A stretch of 64,000 nt of DNA, from NCBI GenBank assembly GCA_030141605.1, contig JAQGDQ010000001.1, positions 2,914,001-2,978,000 on the forward strand, given 5' to 3'. The notes beneath the pieces are model-generated. The model saw only the letters and a list, made by a program, of their open reading frames with translations. It ran no database searches and was not told where the DNA came from. Origin of the DNA: Tubiluchus corallicola (taxonomy: Eukaryota > Animalia > Priapulida). Of the stretch, positions 1 to 26,770 are shown piece by piece (within the stretch, counting starts at the first letter, position 1; every line of letters starts with the position of its first letter). Both the position numbers and the translations under genes were made by a program.

Positions 1-748
1 TTAACCCATGGGTGTAGTACTACTGCTATAGAAGTATGAGTCATCAGCTTACTTTGCACTACAAAGGCTTTTAATCAATTGTAGAAACGAAGTAATGCCT
101 AAATTTCTTTGTGCAACTAAAAATTAGAAAAAAATATTTTAAAATATTAATTTATATAAGTGAATTAACAATAAATTAAAAATGACTATTAATGGCTATT
201 ATACTTTTTTAAATCACACAAGTCTGTTTATTTGCAAAAATTACAAAAATGCCTTCAAAGTTGGCTGCTGCATTTTCTCGCGAAGAAACTGGCTCACAAA
301 TTCTTGTAATTGTAAAAACGTTGAAAATCTGTTGTTATGCGTGACTAAAATAGTTCTCTTATTTGCTGCAGGATGTTTGCACTTGTAAGTCACAAGGAAT
401 ACCAGTTGATTATACTGTACCTGTATCTTTAATTGTTAACTCATTAAGCCCGAAGGCGTGATTTGTTACTAGAGCATCAAAAGGAAACTGCTAGGCAAGT
501 TTAGCTTCCAGAAATCTTTGGCTAATGAGGTTAATTGCAGTAGGCAAGCAGGTAACAGATTTAAAGCAAAACTGCTAGGCTAGCGTATTAGCCCATGATA
601 AACGTTCCTGTTTACAAACAAAACGGTACTTAACTTGATTGTTTCTACATATATAATGCACAAAAGGGAAGTAAAGATGACATAAAAGTAGGAAAGGCTG
701 TTTGGGCACATACAAATGTCTTATTTTAGGTACGTGAAGGAAAAATAT

Positions 749-891
749 TGAGTCAATTAAGTGAAGTTAGATGAGTCAATTACCGATAGTTTTATGTATA
801 TTTGAATAGAAGCGGCCCGTTCCAGGCGTTTTTGAGTCAATTAAGCGATTGAGTCTATTAACCGCGAGTCTATTAAGTTGCGACTACTGTA
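749..891. mobile_element. Single end of a pogo/Tc1-like MITE with subterminal repeats
   Basis: Five copies of GAGTC(A/T)ATTA followed by ...CGACTACTG|TA (CAGT terminus, TA site). The matching other end was not found. Confidence 0.4.
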
Positions 892-1542
892 TTACTTTTA
901 CTCGCCTTATTTCACTTTCGCGCCTCCTAGATTTTAAGCCAGGATTTGCGTGGCTTGATGCCATTATTTTTGCAATCCGCAAAGCCTTTGTGCCCTTTCT
1001 AAAATGGTATTAATAATGTAAGGATTAAAACCCATATTCGAAGCCAAAGAAAAGATAATTTAGTTTAATGATTATTAATAATCCTAGTAAATATGGTTTT
1101 GCTTTTAGTAGCATGCATTATTATATAATTATATAACAATTATATTATATTGTTATATTACATTATTATATAACAAGCAATGTAAAAGGCTTGCCACTAT
1201 CACCATCATTGTCATCAAATAAAGTACCCCTACTCTTTCTATGAAGCAGCACCTCCTATTTAATTTCTCTGCTAGTCATGCTACATGGTAGACTGTAATT
1301 AATTTCATTTTTGAATGTCGATAAAAAAATTATGGCTATTCTCGAATAGCATTTTCAAACTGAAATTGTTAACATTCGTAATTTTTACAGAGTATTTAAA
1401 AGAGTATTCTTACACAAAGAATATATATTACTGTGTCTAAATTTTGTTCTTCATTCTGTTCTGCAAATTGACTGTAATGAGCTTTAACAGTTGCACTGAT
1501 GCACCAGTTTCAGTTTGATTTTGGCACCATTTTGCATTTTAA

Positions 1543-2068
1543 AGGAAAACCGGATGATTGTGTAAACACGAGTTCAGAATAAAGAATGCTCTAAAATATT
1601 GAAAACTACAATTGCTTATTTTAAATCAAAGCTTAGATTAAATAATAATTATTGCCTCGGATACTCAAATTTTGTTAAACTTTCAAAGCTACGTGCGGCT
1701 CAGTGAATCTACTAATATTGGCTCGGCGCCTTTAGGTCACGTGCGCGTGATAACCATGATCATGAACTGCTGTGTTAGTTTCATAACATCATATGATGTA
1801 AAGCCCATTTTTCGTGACATCATGCGTTTTAGCAGTACTGTAACACCTATGCAAATGTGCTTGATGCACAAGGGAAGACGCCTGCCATTGCACAAACTGT
1901 GGTTAGTTTCTGACGTAAGCAATAGTTGTGTTCGGTTGCCATTAATTAACTTTCTAAGCTAATTATTCAAATATAAGGAACAATTGTTACCTTTTATAAG
2001 CAAGAAAATGCATATTTTGGACAGTAAATTAAAATGAGATTGAGTCTAAACAATCGTCCGGTCTTCCT
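1543..2068. mobile_element. Non-autonomous DNA transposon, Kolobok-like (TTAA target duplication, AGG termini)
   Basis: TTAA|AGGAAAACCGGATGATTGTGTAAACAC at the left end versus GAGTCTAAACAATCGTCCGGTCTTCCT|TTAA at the right end: ~27-bp imperfect TIRs with TTAA on both sides and no ORF. Confidence 0.7.
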
Positions 2069-4817
2069 TTAAAACAGTTGTCAAAAAATCTTAAACAGGC
2101 GAGGACTTTACTTAAGTTCCTTTTGGCATTTGTGTCACGGACTAGTTTAACAGTTTTTCACATACTTAATTGGCATAGCAGAACCTTATAACTGGTAAAC
2201 ATATTCATACAGAATTGTAGATTATGTAAATATCATTCATAATGATACAACTGTTTTCTGTAGGTGCCAGAAATGGGTGATCAATTTACATTGAGCCGAA
2301 CTGAATTTGAAAAACTTTAAATACAAGAGTTCAGTGCACTTTGAAATGAAAGCACACTCATGCTAGTGACATACCAATTTCAAGACTTCTTGGTAATGCT
2401 GTTTGACCACTACATCGACCACTAGTGTGTAGGAGTTGTCGTGCCTATTAAAAGGAAAGTTTTAATAATTACAACCACATGAATTTTCAGAAGTGGCAAA
2501 TGCAGAAATGGAAACGATTTTTGTCGTTACCAAGAAAGTGAAAACTGTAACTTTTTCTGAGCAGAGAATTGCAAAATTGCAAAAGGAACGTGCAAAAGCA
2601 AACCACAAAAATAAACTTCTGTAGCAGAGGAACAAGAGATTACAGAAATCATCGAAAGAGCAATGGATCGGCAAATAAGTACACGAAAATAAGTCGATCA
2701 AGAAAAACAATCCTATATCACACTCTTAGATAAATTGCCTCCTATTCCAAAAGCATTTTTTGACGTGTTTGACATAAAGTGTGTTTACACAGCAAAAATG
2801 TCCATAAATTGGCAATTAAGCTTTTCCAGTTACTCACACATCCTTAATCTTCATTTCGTGAGGACTATTTTGATATCAAGCCCATTGATGTTACTTCTAA
2901 GCTGAGATAATCCACGTTGACATTGATGTGTGCGACTAGAATATAAAAGTCAATATGTTTAGCATTTCTTTTTGTAAAAAAAACAAAAAGTTCATGTTTG
3001 ACCCAATTTTTGGTGTATTTTACTTTGAAACATCGTAATACAGTGTTAGCTGTTTTTATTAACTGCATCGACTTATAAATGATTTAGATATGCAAGCATG
3101 CAAATGGAAAAAATGAGTGGAAAATTAAGAAATGTGCAGTGCCATTACGAGATGTATTGCCATCCACAGGTTCTACATTTACACTGGAAAAAGAATACAC
3201 TTATTTATGTTAGTTTGCCACTTCAGAATGTCGCTACACATTTTGAAGAGCATTGTCAAGCATGTGCAAATGAGACAATTCCATTGCTTCAGCCTAGAGA
3301 AAAATTACTTCCAGTTTTTTTAATATAGTACCTTTGCAGGAGATACATCTTTTTATGACTGTATTAATCATCACGAGTGAGTTGAAGTTGACCTTGATGC
3401 GATTGTAGTTTTTTTACTCTTAGTTTAATATAAGGAGGCTGCATGTTTCAAAATTTGAATACTGCATTTGAATCTTTGACCGAAAAGTAGTCACTGTTAG
3501 ATTGTCTTGAAAAACAAATGAAATACCCATAGGTTGTATTGTGTGCTTGGCCATTAAGTTGACCTGTTCGGTGTTTTATCCCAGATGTTTTAACCGTTTT
3601 AACGTTGGCAATAAGATTGCCATTGTGTGCTGGACATTAATATGTAGCATGCCAATTGTACAAAAAAGACAAATCAATGACAATAGGACAAAATTTATTA
3701 TATGCTAGGTATTAATTATTATAAACAAGACCATGTAATTTGAAAACAATAAATATTATTTTATATAAGACTCCAATGACAAATAAATAAAATATAACAA
3801 TTATGCACCAACTAACCCTGTTCTTAAATTATGGTTGTTTTGGCAACCGTGTATGGCTAAAAAGATTAACTCCATGTTGTTACTTAAAATATCATTTAAA
3901 AACAATTACCTAACATAAACATAATAACTTGAATAACAAACATTGTTTTTACCTTGAAAGTACCAAAAGCCAATTACAACAATATATTTATTACAATAGT
4001 CAGTTGTACATGTTGAAGAACCATCTTCACAAAAAACTGCAAGAGCAAAAAAATGAAAAATGCAGTCAAAGCTACCTAAGGACAGTAACTGAAACTCATT
4101 TATTCCAGACTACAAGGTCTGGCAACTGCAAGAATTGTTTTGACTGTAGTTTTTCACAGTTGGATAATGGTATAAAAGAATCTTATTTTAGTCTCATTTT
4201 TAAAAACAAAAATGATTTTTTATTTAAGTCGATTTGTTTTCACGTAAATTTTCGGGCCTCACTCACTTAAAGCATCGAAGGATGCAAGTACTTAATGACA
4301 GGCCAGTTAGGTGATGCACTCAGTTTAACAATAATGAAATTTTGTCATCCATTTCTTTACCTTTACTTTTGTAGTACCAAAGTGATGTCGTTTCTAAAAA
4401 GAGCTATTAGGAATATTGAGCTATTTATGAAGGATGATTATTACAGAACCTGAGTTTGGAGCATGGTAAAGTTGAATGTTGAATACTGGCTGCATATACA
4501 AATTGTACAACTTATTGCTAAGTGGTGAATATGGCTGGCCAGTCCTAAGATTATAGTCCCAGATAACCAGCTAACAGGGTTCAAAAACTGAACACTGTCC
4601 AAGACCAATCCAGATCTGAAAAAAAGGGCTTGCTGCATTCTCCATGGTCAGTTTTTATTTGCCAAAATTTAAAATGTTACAGGTACAAAAAACACCAGTA
4701 ATTTTTTGTAAATTGTGTAGTCACTGAGGTCAGAGCGGCAGCAGCATTACAAAACTTGCAATTTTATGTTCCAGTTTATTAATCACTTTCAAAAGAATGC
4801 ATCATATATCCATTCTT

Positions 4818-4990
4818 AAGTGATGCTCATGTAGCATCCAGAGGCGTTTTCCACGTGCGGAAAAAAATCAATAGGAATAGCTGCAAAAAAGGCTGCATAA
4901 ACGTGTGTATTGAAAACAGTTTAAACCGATTTCATCTATTCCGCACTCCCCAAAATGCATCTGCATCCGGATGCTATGTAAACGCCACTT
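4818..4990. mobile_element. Small MITE-like inverted-repeat element
   Basis: AAGTGATGCTCATGTAGCATCCAGAGGC versus GCATCCGGATGCTATGTAAACGCCACTT are imperfect inverted repeats. Confidence 0.45.
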
Positions 4991-6095
4991 TATGGAGGCA
5001 TGAGCCTTTATTTAACAAAATTCTAACTAGAATGCATCTTTTGGATATACACATCCATTCTTATGGAAGCATGCCTTTGTTTAACGACAGTCTTACTGGA
5101 ATGCAGTAAAGCCGCTGAGTGAGAGCTGTTACAAGAGAAATATTTGGAACAGATCTGTTTGCATGTAAGCACAAAATAAACTGAACAGTTATTAGTCAGG
5201 AAAGATACCTAGCAAAAACCAATTAAGAACAAAGGACATACAAATAAGTTATCGGAGCAGTGTTTGGCTTTGTTGTCCACAGTTGTAAGAGAAGCTAACT
5301 TGGCAATGGTTGAGTACATGCTATTCAATTTTAATTTTTAAGGGGCTTAATGCACACAAGAAAATTTTTACCGTTAAGAAATATCCCAATTAACACAGAC
5401 TTGTTCGTTGTGGTTTTCATTTTCTTCAATCTAGCTCACACACATCACCACTTTAGGTAAGCACCATTTTATTATACAATTGAAGGCACAATTTTGTAAA
5501 TGCATTTAATTATTACCTTTTGGCACAGGCAAGGCTGATGAAATGGAAATATTAACACAACCTATTTAAAGAAATTAAACTAACAAACGCAACAAATTGC
5601 AATATAATGCTTTTTGTCTAGTCGAAAATTTAGAACATAATCTGAAAGTTCAGTAATATTATAAACATATAGTAAATTTTGTACGATTTCCAAAATCTGT
5701 AATATTATAACAACATAATTCATATTGCAATTGCATTCACAACTCTTAAGCACGGTTTCTTAAAACATTTGCAACATGGTAATAAAAACTGCTTTAATTA
5801 ACTTTCACCTAAAATAAGTAGAGATGAGCAGCAAATGTGCACAACAAAATTTTTATAAACATGCAAGGTAGTTTAATGAAAGAAGTTCTGATTTTGCACC
5901 TTTGGAATAAACAAAATTAAAAGCAAAAAAATGTGGTACAATGTACACACAAACCAATACTATGGATCTCTTCCTTGCAGACCAAATTTGGTGTGGAATG
6001 TCTTGTAATAATGCACTGCCTTTATTTCAAAAGCTTCACTCATTTTACATTTTTAAATTATTGCACACCAACTTGGGCACATCAAAACAGTTTTT

Positions 6096-20134
<14,039 letters not shown>

Positions 20135-20354
20135 GCTATCCAGAGGTCAAAAGTCACAAGCATGAGCCACGTCAGTAATGCACACGGCTCACGATAGATA
20201 GCAGCAGCAGTATCTACTAGAGGAGTACTGCCGGAGGTACTGCATTCAGCTGCTTAGCAGTTTTGTGACAATTTATCAGTGGTAAAGGTGGCAAGATTTA
20301 TCAGTGACATTTCTGTTACTATTACTACATAATTCATTTCGTGTTACAAGTGTC
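20135..20354. promoter_or_regulatory. Probable bidirectional promoter between divergent GORAB and HEI10
   Basis: Only 220 bp separate the two start codons. Contains CCACGTCA (TGACGTGG on the GORAB strand) at 20167-20174. Transcription start sites cannot be seen from sequence. Confidence 0.6.
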
Positions 20355-23300
20355 ATGATGGAAGGTGAACTGATGTGCAATTATAAAAAGTGTAGAAAAA
20401 TATTAAACACTTTTGCTTGGGTTACTACTTGTTCCCGTATCCTTTTTCATGCTAGATATGATAATGTCACAATAGTGCTAACTACTTTTTTATGCCATTT
20501 CTATTTTTTTATGCAAGAAATTCTTTCTGTGTTGGCTTTACTTGTATTATATTGATGTGTAACGAATAATCTTATAACAATACGTGATTTGATTTTCAGT
20601 ATGTACTATTATTTACTCACTGTGAATTACTGTCTGTAGTTTGAGTCTTTAAAATTAGTATCACGACTTAGAGATACTCTACTATTTACAACATCAGTCG
20701 GTGCCTGAGTGAAAGGTATATCACAAAATGCAAAAGCAAGTGTGCCACTTGATCACTCTCTCGCATGTAGCTACAAACATTATAGGAGTAGTAATTTCAT
20801 ATCTATTAAACGTAAGTTGTAACTTGTGATATTATTGGTGTTAGACAAGACAGCACACAACATTATCAGATTTTTGACGTATACCACAAGTTTCAAAATT
20901 ATATGGTATGATGCGTATAATATTTTTATTCATCAGCGTTTCATCTTAGTATAACATGGTACAAAAGAATTTAATAATGACATGCAGATTAGATTGCTTA
21001 AAATATGATGAAAAATAACTGTGTTTGGGTCAGTGATAACAGTTTGCATACTCATATTTTATAACAAATATGTTTTCAAACTACTGATAAGTTTGCTAAA
21101 TTATCAATGTACACTTAAAATTTCGTATAGAGTATGTCTGGCATTAACTTATTAATCATATCTAAAATGCTACTGACTTATTATGATCATATTTCACATC
21201 AAATTTCGACCTATTATAAATTTCATATTCCATTAAACTTATTGAGCATAGCAAGAAAAAGCCAGTGCACGTCTATCTCGAATTTATTGAAGTCATAGCA
21301 ATAGGAAAATTTTGTAGCATGCCTTTGTATTGCTCACTAATTACATTATGCTACACTTGATCGCATTAAGTTCCCATGTACTCAACTACATACGTTTTAT
21401 TAAGTTGACTTTGATGAACTGAATGCAACTATTTTCTTAACTATAGCTTTCTAGATGTATTTTGTGATGAAGATGGAGCCCGAGAATTCAGTAAGAGCCC
21501 CAGCTGCCCAGCTTGTAAGTACCTGTACAGACTTATCCACATTTTGAAATCAATAACGTGACAGCAATATACTGGTAAGACTCGCTTAATATTTGTGATG
21601 AAGATCAAATGGACCTATTTCAAACACTAATGATATCATCATCATCGTTGTGGTTTCAGTGTTAGCTATAAGAGCTATTACTATTACTGTCATCATAATA
21701 ATAATTAGCATCATTGTTGTCATTATCATTCATCATATTATCACCATCGTCATCACCATCTGTTTTTTTCATTTAGGTCTGTTAATTTACCAACGTCATT
21801 AAAAGGCGTATTTCCAGTGATGTGCCTGCCTATCACTAAATCATTAATCATACTCTGAAATAGTACTAATTCACAAAAAAATCTTAGCATCATAATCATC
21901 TAGTTGACCTATGAATAGTAATTTAGGCACACTAAGACATTATCATAGCGAAAAAAAAAGAAAAGATTAAATAGAAGAACAGTCTGGTGAGGGTAAGACA
22001 GGGAGGTAGCTAAATTCCCAAATTATATATTTTCAGTGTATATATATATATATATATATTTCAGAAATTAACTATCAGCAACTATAGTTTACAATGGTTT
22101 CATCACCTTATATTTTACATGCACTTAGCAAGTTAACATATATTTGTTCATAGCCTAATAAAATGATTTCTGTAATCTTGTGACGCTGTAACTTATGTAA
22201 GGTGCATATACGCTCGAGCATCCCAGTTTATCTTTTTTAATTATATGTTTAGCAAGGGTTACAGATTTAAGTGTGATCCTAACTAGACTGATTTGGACAA
22301 ACTGAATAATAGACAAAGTTCTGGAATCGTAAAACTCCTGTTACTTCTGTTCCTAAGTTGCTTTACGCAGTAAGCTTTTTCATATCCATATGTTACACAA
22401 TATATTAGGTAGAACAGAAAAAATTATACTACAGTACATTAACTTGTGCCTGTGAAAGCTACAAGTTTATGCTTTTAGTAATTTTTAAGTTATGGCCTAA
22501 ATACTTCTGCATGCCAAGAATTTAAATGCTGGAACAATGTCAGCTAATCATCAATTGAAGCATTAGTAGCCACATCAATGTATTTTAAACATTCAGTACA
22601 TTCAGCAGCAAAACTATAAAGAAATCAACCTTTTGACATCGGGATCTTCACCACAAAAAATAAAACACTGATAAAAATTTGTTGTCAGAAAAAACTGAAC
22701 AACAGTATTTGGCATTTCCAGAGAAAGTGTATGGAGCCATTTGATTTTGATGTAGACAAACTAAACACAAAAATCATTGAGTGCTGAGACCAAATACCCC
22801 TTAAAGAATTAAGCAATAGTGTCAGCTGTTGGAAGTATTGCGCAGTGAAAATAGTGGACACCTAGAGCATTTGCTATAAATTTCGATAATAGTGACACAC
22901 AAAATTTTTTTCCGGCACTTATTGTTTTTGATGTGTTGTTCTAAAACTTCTGTATCTTTGAACAACTTTAAAAGAAAAGCCTAAAATTTTTCACGTTTGT
23001 ACAAAAGCTTTTGTAACATGGATGAAAAAGAGAGTGAACTAAAGTCTACCAATACAAACATACCAATTTTGCTACTTACACTACATTTTTGATTTATAGG
23101 TGAAGCAAAACTTACCAATAAATATGATGTTACCAGGGTCGATATGTGTCCATCAGAACAGTATAAATCGGTAAGTGAGCTCTATATAATTATATTAACC
23201 AAAAAAAATTATCATCTTCCATTTTCGACTTTTTACCATGCTCCTTCTCTCACGAGATTACAACCTTCTACAAATATTATCTATTCACTTTTGCAGATGG

Positions 23301-26300
23301 TACTAGCAGGACTCAAACCAGATATCATCCATGAGATCTCATCTCGTGCTCTAGCTTTCTGGTCTTATCAGGTTAGTTTCTTAAACTTAAGCTCCAATTT
23401 ACTTTTCTTACTAACTTTTATTAAATTAATGTGTTTTTTACAGTTCTTTGCCTCTTACAACTTACTTCAACAAGCGACACTGAACTGAATTTATTTTACC
23501 TCACGCAGGTATAACAAATATGACAAATTGTTAATACACTGTTAAATAGTCGAGTGGAGAGTAAGAAAAAGGTCACTGATCATTCACCCTCGCTCATAAT
23601 ACTTAAATAATTTAAGTCTGTGGTATTAGTAAACAACCTTTCAGAAATTTTGTTTGGCTACAAGAATTAAACAAAGAATGACAAATCTAACAATAAGATA
23701 GAAAAGCAGTAATAATAAAAGCACAATGAAGCAATTCATGTTAAAAGTTGCGTCAAACAAAATTACATTAACGAAAGGAAGGGGCTACCGTTTGTATTTG
23801 AAAGAACATGTAATAGTTCTTGAGCTTCACAAGACAGCTGAGCATCTAAATGAGTATTGATCGAGGTAATCAAAATCGTTTTCAAATAACTGCAAAATTA
23901 AAAAGTGAAATGAAACGACTTACTAAGTCATACTTTAATAAAGAAATATTGGGAAAATTACATCACTACTATTACTAACATTCCCATCTGTTACTACAAC
24001 ATTTACTCTGTCACACAAAGCGAAAAAATGCTCCCGTTGCATGCACCCCCCATAATTATTTACAGTCGGTTTAGAGTAGTTAAGCAAGTGACAGAGTCTG
24101 TACCATAGCTGACTATCATACATAATATAATACTTCAAATATACAGCAATGATATGAATAAACTGAATTATAGTTGAATTAATTCAGTTAGGTATACACT
24201 GATTTCTATACCTGCAGTGACATCGCATCAGTTACCAGTTCACCATTTCACATTAGCCACACTTATTTTTTAAATATTTGCACTCCAAAAGTGGATTATG
24301 TACCTTACATAGTAAAATTTGTTATTTTAGTATTATTAGTTAATCACAAACTCTTATATATGGGAAAACAGGTAGTTTTACTCTCATTTTTAACCCATTA
24401 TGGGCTGGAAAATCACTAAGTTATATGTCAATTTACCAAATGCCTTATATTTGGCTGTGCAGATGCACCAGGAACGAGTCTACCAAGAATATTTGTGCAA
24501 AAAAGCTCACGAAAATACCCAAAGAGCAGAAGCACTGTTTGAACAACTACTGAAAAAAACTGAAACAGAGATCAAATGTAAGTAACCTTAAACAACTGCT
24601 GCTAAATTACTCTAAAATTCAATTACAGCAAGACAATTGTGCAATTTGTTTCAACTAACATTCAGTTGTTTAGACCCTTTTGACATCTTTCTGTATATGT
24701 CACCAATGAAGCCATGCTCTTTATTCTTTGCATCAGTCAGCACCGAGCAAAGACTTTTTCGCTCTGTATGACGAAAGATAATTTCCTTTCCACTTTCAAT
24801 AATCTAGGCTTGCGGACAGAGTTGGCTTCTAGCAAGAAAGAACTTCATGATATGAAAGCACAACTTGTATCCTTACAGGAAAGAAGCGCAGAGAAGAACA
24901 GACAGTATCAAAAACTTCGGGTTGGTATCCTATGATTTAAAAGGAATTTTTGTAGTAAAACTGGTATGAAGTTAAAAAACAACAATGAAACTGATTTCAT
25001 TATATTGATCACGGTTTTCTAAGGAGATGGGTAAAGATTTAAGAGTTCTTGGCAGGAAAGATGATTAGTAAGAAAATAAAAAAACTGAATAACAAATTTG
25101 TCTCCATTTTATTTAATACCTGCTGCGATAAGAAAACCACATTAAACTTTATCTCCAAATTGCAAAGTAAAAACTTTGTCCAATTACGATAACACACAGA
25201 TAACACTACCGTACACCAAGCATTTCATGACACTGATGTTGACAATCGCTGACATTGATTGAACTGGTGCCCCAGAATGTGTATTGAAAAATTAATTAGC
25301 AGAACTATTGCAGAAATAAATGGAAATTGTTTAGTAATTATTGTCAAGTAGCCTTGCAGTTGTTTTGTTGTTAAATTGCTATATATGTAAAACTTCCATA
25401 TCTAAATTCCTGTAATTGCAAAAATGATTGGGAACGACCTAAAAGACTACTGGCAGTTTTTCACAGAATGCAAAAGCTAGACAAAAACTTGTGCTAAATT
25501 AAACCACAGTGCAGGCTTAATACACTAAAAGTATTTAAAATATTTAACGTCTAGAAAAACATAGAATAAATAAGTGACAAAATATTCAATTCAGGTTAGA
25601 GGAAGTCTAGTGACATTTTACGTATATCTTTAAGAACAGCAATATGTCAATATATTAGGCAAAAACAACGAAAAACTTTATTATTAGCTGTATTATTACC
25701 TGTAGGTAGTTATTAATAATGTGTCTGAAAAACACCAAGAAAACATCCCAGGTAAGAGGACCTACAAAGCAAATAAATAAGAATAGTGCATGTTATCACT
25801 CAGAACTTGCATATCTTACTTGCATATCAACTTACATTCACGTTCCGTATGCATTTTAGAATATGTACGAAGAACTCAAACGGAAAAGCGTAACACCTCA
25901 GGTTTTCGATAATCAAAAGTTATCTTCCCTTCGTGATCGGTCTACTCCAGCTCGCAAGGGGAGTCACCCTCGATATAGTTTCAACATGCAGCCTGTAACA
26001 AGAGACGGTAAAATTAATGTCAAATTAAAGTACATGAAATTTTTGTTTTAACAGATTCTAAACATGTTTTAAATCAATTTCAAATTTATTAACTACATTA
26101 CAAAGGTTGTAGGCTTGTGTTTTTTTTTTATGGCGGGAAATGAATGTGTGAATTTATGTTAATCTCAACCAGTCTTGAGACTGTTACACAGTAGTGCTGG
26201 AATAATGCATACTTACTTTATCTTTATTTGCTAATGGATCCACTGTTTGAAAGTTCTTATCATCCAGATAAAAAGCTGTCAACGGGCTTCCATTTGTCTA

Positions 26301-26770
26301 TGGAGTGCTTTGTTTTCTTAAATTTTACAAATTAAAAAGAGTAATAAATTTTGTAATTACATAGTATGAATATTTCAGATGTTCTTCGGAGAAGAGATGG
26401 ACAATGTAGCAAAAATTCTAATGGTAGGTGCCATCCATAACATTGCTTTGATGCCACCATTAGATTTTGCTTCTTCTCTAATGTGAATAAATGTGAAAAT
26501 GAACTTTGCTATAACATTCGACAAATATCCATAATATGAAGTACGAAAATTGATAATTATTTAAAGCATTTTAACAAAGCAAGCTTACTGCTAAAAAAAC
26601 GAGAATCAAATTTACCTTGTCACCCTAAAACTGTTAAACAGTAAAAACGATAGCAAGTATGCCACACATGCTTTCAACTAATGTAGTGAATTTCGTTGTT
26701 AGGTTTTGTATTCCAACCAGTTGATGTTACTGTTCCTTTCTCTACTTGGGAACCTGGACTTCAACACTAA
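20355..26770 (+). CDS. CCNB1IP1: E3 ligase HEI10/CCNB1IP1 (RING + coiled coil, meiotic crossover factor), 9 coding exons, ~258 aa
   Basis: Exons 20355-20436, 21455-21514, 23100-23170, 23297-23371, 24463-24577, 24808-24920, 25860-26007, 26379-26423 and 26703-26770 join in frame (777 nt). Protein MMEGELMCNYKKCRKILNTFAWVTTCSHVFCDEDGAREFSKSPSCPAC...CPSEQYKSMVLAGLKPDIIHEISSRALAFWSYQMHQERVYQEY...EKNRQYQKLRNMYEELKRK is the HEI10 signature. The last two small exons are less certain. Confidence 0.92.
20437..21454 (+). other. U12-type (minor spliceosome) GT-AG intron, HEI10 intron 1
   Basis: 5' site GTATCCTTTT at 20437 matches the U12 consensus RTATCCTT. Branch sequence TTTTCTTAAC at 21432-21441 ends 13 nt before the end of the intron (AG at 21453-21454). 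Splicing here restores the His codon (C|AT) of the RING CSH motif. Confidence 0.85.

Noticed and set aside
182-5109. Short ORFs downstream of GORAB
   Set aside because: No motifs or consistent exon structure; consistent with UTR/intergenic DNA containing repeat relics.
21004-21088. ATGATGA...CTGA spacing in HEI10 intron 1
   Set aside because: No clear terminal stem or recognisable guide; such motifs arise by chance in AT-rich DNA.
21463-21477. Asp in place of a RING zinc ligand (CDEDG) as a sign of HEI10 inactivation
   Set aside because: As I recall, this position varies among HEI10 orthologs, including Asp, and the rest of the gene is intact.
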